Virus record (IMG/VR): IMGVR_UViG_3300000285_000003
From: a virus
DNA length: 64,000 nucleotides
Strand: one strand, 5' to 3'
Positions 1-6,735 of the stretch are shown in pieces; position 1 is the stretch's first letter; each line of letters starts with the position of its first letter. The notes under the pieces were generated by a model, which did not search any database, was not told where the DNA came from, and was given only the letters and a program-made list of their open reading frames with translations. A program made the position numbers and the translations under genes.

Positions 1-51
1 AGCAACAGACTCATAATCTGGAGGTCCTAGGTTCAAGCCCTAGCTGGTCCA
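1..51 (+). tRNA. tRNA, 5'-truncated by window edge, anticodon CAU (Met/fMet or Ile2 type)
   Basis: Anticodon stem CAGA(6-9)/TCTG(17-20) with loop CTCATAA. T arm is CTAGG-TTCAAGC-CCTAG (27-43). Acceptor 3' strand CTGGTCC plus discriminator A51. CCA is not encoded. Confidence 0.8.
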
Positions 52-122
52 CAAAAGATGATTCCGTGAATCTTTAAAACCCGGATAGTTAACATTTGTT
101 GAATCTCTAATAAATTATCAAA

Positions 123-614
123 ATGAAGAGATTATTCGAAAAGCTTAGCATGTGCTTAATCATGCTTATTGTAGCCGTCACAGTATCGTCATGTGACTAC
201 ATGAAAAAAACTAAGAGTGAGATCAAACACGATGACTCGCTCATGGTATCAAAGATGATGCAGGATATTGACAATCCTACATTTACCGACTGTTCTGACG
301 TTATAGAGTTTCAGAGATCGGAAGGTCAATGGAGACATCAGGACTCAGTGTTCTTCAACATACCTGAAAAGGTTATGCGCGATGTGGTATCGGTCTTAGA
401 AAAATCTGGGAAACCATTGACTAAGATGAGTATATCGAACGAGTTCGAGATGAACAAGCATGTATATTTGAATCTTCCTGATGAACAGGATCAATACAAT
501 GCGATTGCTCCTCCTGATATCCCTAACGTAGAAATGGTTGATACTATTATCGACGGTAAGCATGTGCAGATCGTGCAGTCCTCCAGTACTAACATAACAA
601 CAAAGGAGGATTAG
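123..614 (+). CDS. hypothetical secreted/lipoprotein-like protein
   Basis: 163-aa ORF. N-terminal hydrophobic segment ends in the lipobox-like VSSC. It terminates with TAG (612-614), so TAG acts as a stop in this block. Confidence 0.6.
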   Translation: MKRLFEKLSMCLIMLIVAVTVSSCDYMKKTKSEIKHDDSLMVSKMMQDIDNPTFTDCSDVIEFQRSEGQWRHQDSVFFNIPEKVMRDVVSVLEKSGKPLTKMSISNEFEMNKHVYLNLPDEQDQYNAIAPPDIPNVEMVDTIIDGKHVQIVQSSSTNITTKED

Positions 615-616
615 CT

Positions 617-1036
617 ATGAAGCGGTACATTATTATCTCTTACGATGGTTCTAGTTTAGATCCATCTGAAGTTATGGCAATAGCTTCACAACTGAACACA
701 GTTAAACCTGATGTTAAGGATGTGCATGCAGTTACAATGGATGAAACGGAAGTTAATTCCATTATTATCGGTCACGCAGAAGCCAAGAATGCTACAGAAC
801 TTTCTGTTGTGGAGTCTGCGTGCATCTACGTGAAAAAAAGATTTGGTATGTTTTTCTACTCCAAGATGAAGCTGTTGCTTGCATTGTCAGAGGCTATAAC
901 TAATGAGCCTAACAATGAATCTCTTATGAATGCCATCAGAGTTATGTCTGGTGGTATAAGTAAGAGAATGCGTGATTCTTACGGTATTTCTACCGATATT
1001 ATTTGTGTATTTAAAACGGTTCAAGATAACATGTAA
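617..1036 (+). CDS. hypothetical protein
   Basis: 139-aa ORF packed 2 nt after the upstream stop. No motif recognised. Confidence 0.55.
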   Translation: MKRYIIISYDGSSLDPSEVMAIASQLNTVKPDVKDVHAVTMDETEVNSIIIGHAEAKNATELSVVESACIYVKKRFGMFFYSKMKLLLALSEAITNEPNNESLMNAIRVMSGGISKRMRDSYGISTDIICVFKTVQDNM

Positions 1037-1038
1037 CT

Positions 1039-1185
1039 ATGTATAAAACACAACGTAATACTAAGAAAGTGTATCGTCAGCGTCACGCAGAAGCCAAAGC
1101 AAAGGCATATAAGCGTGACAAGTTTAAAAACAAGCTAAATCCTTTAGATTATGTGGAAGATTCCAGTATATACGACAAAAGCTAA
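1039..1185 (+). CDS. small basic hypothetical protein (48 aa, below track cutoff)
   Basis: ATG at 1039 lies 2 nt after the upstream TAA. Lys/Arg-rich peptide MYKTQRNTKKVYRQRHAEAK... ends at TAA 1183-1185. It overlaps the 1151 ORF in another frame. Confidence 0.3.
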   Translation: MYKTQRNTKKVYRQRHAEAKAKAYKRDKFKNKLNPLDYVEDSSIYDKS

Positions 1186-1384
1186 GGGAAAGGGTAAGAA
1201 TACAAAAACATTGGTATTCGAATCCAAGTACCCTAGTGAGAATCAAGCTATAGATGCTAGATTCGCACTTATTCATTTGGCTAATTGCTCTCACAACGCT
1301 CCATGCGATATCACCATTAATAATAATGGCGCAGTATTCGTTAAGAATCCATCCTGGAGTGTGGGAGAAGTAACAATATGTTAA
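1151..1384 (+). CDS. hypothetical protein
   Basis: 77-aa ORF from the track. No motif recognised. It competes with the 1039-1185 ORF. Confidence 0.35.
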   Translation: MWKIPVYTTKAKGKGKNTKTLVFESKYPSENQAIDARFALIHLANCSHNAPCDITINNNGAVFVKNPSWSVGEVTIC

Positions 1385-1420
1385 TTAATTTTATTTACAA
1401 ACATTTAAAACATTATCAAA
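1381..1420 (+). promoter_or_regulatory. conserved 40-nt leader/promoter region, copy A
   Basis: TTAATTAATTTTATTTACAAACATTTAAAACATTATCAAA lies directly before the ATG at 1421. It is near-identical to 4681-4720. A partial third copy (ATTATCAAAAT) precedes the ATG at 11032. Confidence 0.55.
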
Positions 1421-1915
1421 ATGGCAAAAGCAGAAACAAAAGGTGCTGCTAAAGAGCAGCAGAATGTGTCAGCAGACAACGTAGTAGAGAAGTTAATGAA
1501 GGGCAACCTTGTGACCGACATCGCAGACAAGGCGGCAGAAGAAATCCGCCAGGACGAGGAGAAGCGCAAGATCTCCCAGGTCAAAGAAATTGTCAAGTGT
1601 GCTGACTTCCTTAGAATTAAGGAACTTCTCAATGTCCGCAAGGACCGTGCGAAGGCAAAGATCACTCTCGACATTCTGAAGAAGCGTACAGAATTGTTGG
1701 CCCGTCTTCTGGGTAAACAGGAGGATGGTACCGCCGTTCCTGACGACCAGAAGATTACGCCAAATCAGTTCCGTGATCTGTCTCAGAATATTGATGATGA
1801 TCAGCGTAAACAAATGGCTGAACTGAACAAAGAGTACGAAAAGCACGACCGTGAGTTGCGCGACAAGTATCCTAATAGCTGGTGTTATGCCACCTATCAG
1901 TTCGATCGCTTTTAA
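1421..1915 (+). CDS. hypothetical charged protein
   Basis: 164-aa ORF beginning MAK, the same start as the 4721 gene and behind the same leader. K/E/D-rich. Confidence 0.65.
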   Translation: MAKAETKGAAKEQQNVSADNVVEKLMKGNLVTDIADKAAEEIRQDEEKRKISQVKEIVKCADFLRIKELLNVRKDRAKAKITLDILKKRTELLARLLGKQEDGTAVPDDQKITPNQFRDLSQNIDDDQRKQMAELNKEYEKHDRELRDKYPNSWCYATYQFDRF

Positions 1916-1923
1916 TTCTTCTT

Positions 1924-1955
1924 CTAGTACAAGTATCTTCGTATCACGTACATAG
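1924..1955 (+). repeat. hairpin presenting the conserved loop AGTATCTTCGTATCA, copy 1
   Basis: Stem CTAGTAC(1924-1930)/GTAC-A-TAG(1948-1955). The 15-mer is at 1932-1946. Confidence 0.6.
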
Positions 1956-2022
1956 ATTCTGAAGCACTGTAGAGGATCTTAAGAAGACGAGGCAGCGAAG
2001 GAATCCCAGAATGAATTAACAT

Positions 2023-2053
2023 TCTCATCAAGTATCTTCGTATCACGATGAGA
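2023..2053 (+). repeat. hairpin presenting the conserved loop AGTATCTTCGTATCA, copy 2
   Basis: Perfect 7-bp stem TCTCATC(2023-2029)/GATGAGA(2047-2053). The 15-mer is at 2031-2045. Confidence 0.65.
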
Positions 2054-2194
2054 GGAAGAGATGTGACCCCACACAGTAAATTGGGACAGTAGATCAAACA
2101 ATATGTTTTGTGCGTATCATTGTATCGGGGAGATTTGATTGCTCTGAAAAGTTAATTGAACCCTGCAAAATATATCAAAAATGCTGAATATAGC

Positions 2195-2220
2195 CCTCTA
2201 AGTATCTTCGTATCATGAGG
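2195..2220 (+). repeat. hairpin presenting the conserved loop AGTATCTTCGTATCA, copy 3
   Basis: Stem CCTC(2195-2198)/GAGG(2217-2220). The 15-mer is at 2201-2215. Confidence 0.55.
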
Positions 2221-2397
2221 ATTACTATATATTTTTAGCCATGTTTTAAGCGCTCTGAGGCAGAGTATGTCACCAAGTGGAGTAATTAACCACGAGTGCC
2301 GCAAAAATGTCTTAGAGCGCACCTAAAACGGCTTAAATCGAATGTTCTGACTGATCATCGGAACATTTACAAGAAATGTACAGTGTGTATGAAATAA

Positions 2398-2433
2398 TCT
2401 GTTTGGACAGGGGTTCGACTCCCCTCACGTCCA
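2398..2433 (+). ncRNA. tmRNA-like acceptor piece (P2 3' strand, GGAC, T arm, acceptor 3' strand) of a candidate permuted tmRNA
   Basis: The order is TCTGTTT(2398-2404), GGAC(2405-2408), AGGGG-TTCGACT-CCCCT(2409-2425), CACGTCC(2426-2432) and A2433. GGAC directly before a GGGGUUCGAcUCCCC T arm is the usual tmRNA 3'-end layout. The 5' extent of this piece is unknown. Confidence 0.5.
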
Positions 2434-2503
2434 CGGGGCATCCTCTACGCTATTGTGTAGATTCCATTTGGACAACCTAGACATGTTGTAAAACTGTCTA
2501 CAC

Positions 2504-2609
2504 GGGCGTGTTTGGTTTTGACAGACAGAGGAGATAAATACATTAAGCACTATACTATAAATTAAACGACAATGTAAATAACATTGTAGACTATACTAAC
2601 GTAGCGTAA
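2504..2609 (+). ncRNA. tmRNA-like coding piece (acceptor 5' strand, D-loop analogue, P2 5' strand, candidate tag ORF)
   Basis: GGGCGTG(2504-2510) pairs with CACGTCC(2426-2432) and gives G1-C72, G2-C71 and G3:U70. TTTGGTTTTGAC(2511-2522) resembles tmRNA UGGAUUCGAC. AGACAGA(2523-2529) pairs with TCTGTTT(2398-2404). A candidate tag frame runs from GCA 2547 to TAA 2607-2609 (ALYYKLNDNVNNIVDYTNVA). The 3' extent is uncertain. Confidence 0.45.
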
Positions 2610-2646
2610 GTTTAGTCTAGGTGTTTCCTACCAAAGTGGAGAGAAG

Positions 2647-2706
2647 AAGAAGTTGGTTCTTTGGGCTACACACCCGAGGATTAGGGTTCGACTCCCTAGC
2701 TTCTTC
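2647..2706 (+). ncRNA. 60-nt D-armless tRNA-like element immediately upstream of a CDS
   Basis: Acceptor AAGAAGT(2647-2653)/GCTTCTT(2699-2705) with one U:G pair. Only 7 nt (TGGTTCT) stand in place of a D arm. Hairpin TTGGG-CTACACA-CCCGA. T arm TAGGG-TTCGACT-CCCTA(2682-2698). Discriminator C2706. Confidence 0.45.
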
Positions 2707-2715
2707 CTATTAGTT

Positions 2716-3237
2716 ATGACAAAGGGATATAAAGCGATGATAAAGGACAGGTGTCCTCATGTCGTCAACCTCGCATTTAAATGGTGTACAGAATTTGGCA
2801 GATTATCTAATATAGGTAAGAAGCCACATGAAAGAATTAAGTATGCTGTAAAAACGCGATGGATAGACCGTGTATACCAAGAAAATGTAGCAATCTATAA
2901 CACTGGAAGAGGAATACCTCGAACAGATGAAAAGAACGCATCATTAAGAAAAGCTCTTGGGATCCACGAGGGGTCGCAAAATTTTAATTTTGCAGACTCT
3001 ATAAATTTGGATGGCATCAACAAAGTATTCAACTCTGGAGAACGAGCATTTTGGATATGGGTTAATAGCTGGGTAGTATGGTTTCAAGAGAACTATAAGT
3101 ACCTAGAAAACTATTATAACATATCATGTAAGTGTGGCAATATGGCTTTATTTGATAAAGCATTGTCAGAAAAAGCTAGTTTTCTAGATGAATATTTTGA
3201 AGATTTCTCTAAGTTTATTAAGAAAACATTTAATTAA
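2716..3237 (+). CDS. hypothetical protein
   Basis: The first ATG of track ORF 2653-3237 is at 2716. The upstream part of that ORF overlaps the tRNA-like element. Confidence 0.6.
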   Translation: MTKGYKAMIKDRCPHVVNLAFKWCTEFGRLSNIGKKPHERIKYAVKTRWIDRVYQENVAIYNTGRGIPRTDEKNASLRKALGIHEGSQNFNFADSINLDGINKVFNSGERAFWIWVNSWVVWFQENYKYLENYYNISCKCGNMALFDKALSEKASFLDEYFEDFSKFIKKTFN

Positions 3238-3249
3238 ACAAAATAAAAA

Positions 3250-3666
3250 ATGGAGTATTTCCCTAAAATGCTAATTTACAGAGCTAGTCTGTTAGGCTGC
3301 AAAGAAGAAGGTATAGAAAATGTGATTAACTGGTTTCATAACCGCCTTAAAAAGGGCTTTACTTATGAAGCGCACATATTCTGTGCAGGAGACAGCCTAG
3401 ACGAAGATTGTATATACGAATACTGTTGTAATGAGCAGTTACGTAGAGTTGGTGATTGGATTATGAAAACGATAATCCTAAGCAACCCTATAAAGTTTAA
3501 AACACTTACAACTCGTATGCGTATCGGTTCAGGACTACTTGAAAAAGTAGAAATGAAAACGGGAGGAAAGGATTTGAAAATAATCCTTTTCAACAATTTC
3601 GTCAACAACGTTTGGTCGCTATACCGTCAGAAGATGGTGTACGATCTTCCGTTTTATCAGGAGTAG
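3250..3666 (+). CDS. hypothetical protein
   Basis: 138-aa ORF. It terminates with TAG (3664-3666). Confidence 0.6.
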   Translation: MEYFPKMLIYRASLLGCKEEGIENVINWFHNRLKKGFTYEAHIFCAGDSLDEDCIYEYCCNEQLRRVGDWIMKTIILSNPIKFKTLTTRMRIGSGLLEKVEMKTGGKDLKIILFNNFVNNVWSLYRQKMVYDLPFYQE

Positions 3667-3695
3667 GGTGAGAGAGATCTCCCCTACCCCACAAT

Positions 3696-4253
3696 ATGGA
3701 GTATCAGCGTATCACTCAATCTGAGATTGAGACCATAAAAGAAGCTCAAAAGGGAAATGAGCTAGCGTTTAATAAATTGTTTAACCGTTACAAAGAGTTC
3801 GTTGACAACGTGCTCTTTTGTTACGTGAATGACATGGATGAAGCTAAAGATCTTACAAATGTTGTATTTCTTAAGGTTCACCAAAAACTCTCGACATTCA
3901 CAGATTATTCGTCTTTTGGCGGATGGCTGAGAATTATAGCTAATCGAACAGCTATAGATTATCTACGAAAAGTAAAGGAGAAATCCATGGAGTTAGGAGA
4001 AGACTCAGGCCGACTACCTGTCGAATTAACTAATTCTTCAGAAGAAGAAGATCTTGTCAATCTTCTTGAGTATGAATCTCTTCTAAAGGAGTTTGAAAAG
4101 CTCCCAAAGAAGACACAGAAGATTTTTAATCTATTTTACGTAGAAGATCTTACCGTTGATGAAATTAGCAAAGTGCTGAAAATTCCTACAGGCACTATAA
4201 AAGCTGCACTAAGCCGCACTCGTAGGAAAATTAAAAATAACTTAAAAGTTTAA
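3696..4253 (+). CDS. ECF-type sigma-70 family RNA polymerase sigma factor
   Basis: Region 2 (DEAKDLTNVVFLKV...GWLRIIANRTAIDYLRK) and the region 4 HTH (LPKKTQKIFNLFYVEDLTVDEISKVLKIPTGTIKAALSRTRRKI) can be read directly in the 185-aa ORF. Confidence 0.9.
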   Translation: MEYQRITQSEIETIKEAQKGNELAFNKLFNRYKEFVDNVLFCYVNDMDEAKDLTNVVFLKVHQKLSTFTDYSSFGGWLRIIANRTAIDYLRKVKEKSMELGEDSGRLPVELTNSSEEEDLVNLLEYESLLKEFEKLPKKTQKIFNLFYVEDLTVDEISKVLKIPTGTIKAALSRTRRKIKNNLKV

Positions 4254-4258
4254 CAAAA

Positions 4259-4654
4259 ATGACTTCACTTTTATTATTGATTCTCTCGATTTTTGTAGCT
4301 CTTGGTTTCGCAAGATACAATAAGAGCAACAAGTTGTTCTGGATCATTCTCGTAAGTCTCTTGCTCGGTTTTACCGGTAAGAGTATGGTCAACTATGCCT
4401 TTGTTGACCATAAAAGTGAAGCCAGTACAGTTAAATCTTCTGCAAATCCCATGCTGGCACCGACGTGCTCATTTCAGGCTTTGGAACCCTCAGAGGGCGC
4501 CGGTACATGTGCTGAGACAAAACCAGCAGGTAAGGATACAATTGTAGTAGATACTGTTACTGTGCTTAACTTGGGTGAAGACGAGCATATTAACGTGCTC
4601 ACTAAACCTCCACGAGATTGGTTAAAAACGAACTTTATATTCGACACAAGTTGA
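4259..4654 (+). CDS. membrane protein; its position suggests a possible sigma-factor partner
   Basis: 131-aa ORF 5 nt after the sigma gene. Two N-terminal hydrophobic helices (LLLLILSIFVALGFA, LFWIILVSLLLGFTG). No anti-sigma motif recognised. Confidence 0.55.
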   Translation: MTSLLLLILSIFVALGFARYNKSNKLFWIILVSLLLGFTGKSMVNYAFVDHKSEASTVKSSANPMLAPTCSFQALEPSEGAGTCAETKPAGKDTIVVDTVTVLNLGEDEHINVLTKPPRDWLKTNFIFDTS

Positions 4655-4680
4655 ATTTAAGCTAGTTGCCCAGAAAGTAT

Positions 4681-4720
4681 TAATTAATTTTAGTAAATAA
4701 CATTTAAAAACATTATCAAA
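4681..4720 (+). promoter_or_regulatory. conserved 40-nt leader/promoter region, copy B
   Basis: TAATTAATTTTAGTAAATAACATTTAAAAACATTATCAAA lies directly before the ATG at 4721. Near-identical to 1381-1420. Confidence 0.55.
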
Positions 4721-6232
4721 ATGGCAAAAAAGAATGGAAAGGGCAATGTAAAAGTTGCTCAGAATAACAACAATGGTGGTAACAATGCAGATGCAGCTGT
4801 TGAGGCTGCAGCTATGCTCACAACAACAGGTGGGTCAAGCATGGATCGTAATCACCAGGTAGATTTGTTGAAGATGGCTCACGATCGTTTCTTCTTGGAT
4901 GAGAAAGCTGCTGAGCACACTGGCTTCCCGCAGGGAACTATCGACAAACTCAACCATATTAATGCCCTCGGCATCGCAGTGTGTGTATGTAATGAGGTCA
5001 AGTATGGCACCAGCGATTTCGCTGTTGTAATCCGTAAGTCTGCGCTCCCAGAGCTTACTGAAGCTTTGAAGGAGATTGGTGTAAGCTTTGATGACACAAA
5101 GCTCTTGCCTTCAAAAGACGATGCTGAAGCAATTGAAGTTACAGCTTCAGCTGTAACAGTATCAGAAGAGACAGCAAAGAGTCTTGACAAGGATGCTAAG
5201 GCTCGTGCTGCAACAGCAGGTAAGGTTTTTGATCCTACAAAGATCAAGGACGAAGAAGAGCTCAAGGAAGCTTTGTCTGGATTCTTAGCTATGAACCGTG
5301 ATTCTAAGCTGATGGATAGCATCATGCAGTGTGTGAACTTCTATAAGTCATATCGCTCTATTGAAGCTAAGCATGCTATCGATTCTGCTGAGAAGACGCT
5401 CAAGAACACAAAGGACAAGAAGTACAAGGAGAACGCTGAAAAGGCTCTTGCTTCTGCAAAGAATGACCTTGAGCGCCTCAAGAACATGAACTTCCATGAT
5501 ACGTTTCGCAAGATTGTTGAGCTTACGGGTCGTGTCGGAACGCTTACTTATGGAATTGGTGCTCACTTCTTCAATGTTACCGCTACGTCAGGATCTCCTG
5601 TATCTGCGTTCTGTGAGCTTCGCGACCATTCTACTGACAAGAACACCGGCGTATGCAAGTATACCGATGATCAGATTGCAGACGCTGTAAAGTGCCTCGT
5701 AATCATTGGTGCAGACGATGTTCGCTCAAAGGGTAAGACCTTTCTCGAAGCAGAGAACAAGCTGCCAGAAAAGGATCGTGTCAAGGAGCACATTGATGCC
5801 GCTAACAAGAACATCGCATTCGCCGATAAGGCTACTGCAGCGGTTCTTGCGGCTCCAGGCGAGTTCGTTGAGAACTTGAAGAAGAACTTCTTGGAGGGTA
5901 ACAACTTTGCAAAGAAGACTGTTATCGCCATTAAGCGTGCATATTATCGAGACGTTACTCCAGAGATGATGGCTAAGGTTAAGTCTGACTCAATGCTTGA
6001 TAACGCTACGCAGCATGCTGGTATCATCTCTAACCTGTTCCGTAATCCTTCTGATCCGCTCGTAGGTTATGCCAAGGAGAATATCATCGACTTGGAGTTC
6101 AAAACCGATGAGGAGATCAAGGCTGAGGAAGAGGCTGTTGCCAAGGCTGCTAAGGAAGCAGCTGATAAGAAGGCAACTGAGAATAAGAAAAAGGAAGCCA
6201 AAGGTAAGGCCAAGGCTCAAGTAAAAAAATAA
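4721..6232 (+). CDS. hypothetical protein with Lys-rich C-terminal tail
   Basis: 503-aa ORF starting MAKKNGKG. The C-terminus is KEAADKKATENKKKEAKGKAKAQVKK. Function not recognised. Confidence 0.7.
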   Translation: MAKKNGKGNVKVAQNNNNGGNNADAAVEAAAMLTTTGGSSMDRNHQVDLLKMAHDRFFLDEKAAEHTGFPQGTIDKLNHINALGIAVCVCNEVKYGTSDFAVVIRKSALPELTEALKEIGVSFDDTKLLPSKDDAEAIEVTASAVTVSEETAKSLDKDAKARAATAGKVFDPTKIKDEEELKEALSGFLAMNRDSKLMDSIMQCVNFYKSYRSIEAKHAIDSAEKTLKNTKDKKYKENAEKALASAKNDLERLKNMNFHDTFRKIVELTGRVGTLTYGIGAHFFNVTATSGSPVSAFCELRDHSTDKNTGVCKYTDDQIADAVKCLVIIGADDVRSKGKTFLEAENKLPEKDRVKEHIDAANKNIAFADKATAAVLAAPGEFVENLKKNFLEGNNFAKKTVIAIKRAYYRDVTPEMMAKVKSDSMLDNATQHAGIISNLFRNPSDPLVGYAKENIIDLEFKTDEEIKAEEEAVAKAAKEAADKKATENKKKEAKGKAKAQVKK

Positions 6233-6234
6233 TA

Positions 6235-6272
6235 CGGCCAATTAAGAGAACTGGTTCACAACTAGTTGGCCG
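6235..6272 (+). terminator. long hairpin after the 4721-6232 gene (terminator-like, no U-tract)
   Basis: Outer stem CGGCCAA(6235-6241)/TTGGCCG(6266-6272). It encloses the inner stem AACTGGTT-CAC-AACTAGTT. Confidence 0.4.
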
Positions 6273-6333
6273 CATTAAAAGAGCCTTTGACATCCAATGG
6301 CAAAGTGAACACAAATAATTTAACTATCAAAGT

Positions 6334-6735
6334 ATGAAAAAATTAGTGATCACGTTGTTAGGAGCAGCATTCCTTACTATCGGCATGAATATTGCCGATC
6401 TTAAGAATGTTCCCCTTCCAACGACAGTGCAGACAGTAGCAGCATCTACTGTACAGCAACCAATGGACCATTTGTTTGGTCAAGTGAATCGTGCTAATCC
6501 TGATACAGTGCATGATACCGTTAGGGTAGAAAAGCCTGTACCTTGTAACCATAAACAGTTACCTGCAAAGGTAATTGTTAAACGCACCGTAATTAAGAAG
6601 ACAGATACGTCGTATGTACCACTTCTGTATATTATGGAACCTGGAGAAAAGGTCGACTCCACTAATCACAACTCTACCATTCGTAAGGGAGAGCTCAATG
6701 ATTATATTCAAATCGCCTCCAATGTGCATAAGTAA
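6334..6735 (+). CDS. hypothetical exported/membrane-anchored protein
   Basis: 133-aa ORF with the N-terminal signal-like segment MKKLVITLLGAAFLTIGM. Confidence 0.6.
   Translation: MKKLVITLLGAAFLTIGMNIADLKNVPLPTTVQTVAASTVQQPMDHLFGQVNRANPDTVHDTVRVEKPVPCNHKQLPAKVIVKRTVIKKTDTSYVPLLYIMEPGEKVDSTNHNSTIRKGELNDYIQIASNVHK

Noticed and set aside
2195-2203. CTCTAAG at 2196-2202 as an amber-suppressor anticodon loop.
   Set aside because: The flanking 5-mers (TAGCC and TATCT) are not complementary, and there is no T arm or acceptor at the right spacing. The sequence belongs to the repeated hairpin motif.
2665-2671. CTA within the loop CTACACA of the 2647-2706 element, read as a suppressor anticodon.
   Set aside because: In a 7-nt loop the anticodon occupies positions 3-5 (ACA here). 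CTA sits at positions 1-3, so this is not a CUA anticodon.
2504-2706. A conventional one-piece tmRNA running from GGGCGTG (2504) to the T arm/acceptor at 2682-2706.
   Set aside because: The 3' strand GCTTCTT cannot pair with GGGCGTG. It pairs instead with AAGAAGT at 2647-2653, forming a separate 60-nt element. GGGCGTG pairs perfectly only with the upstream CACGTCC.
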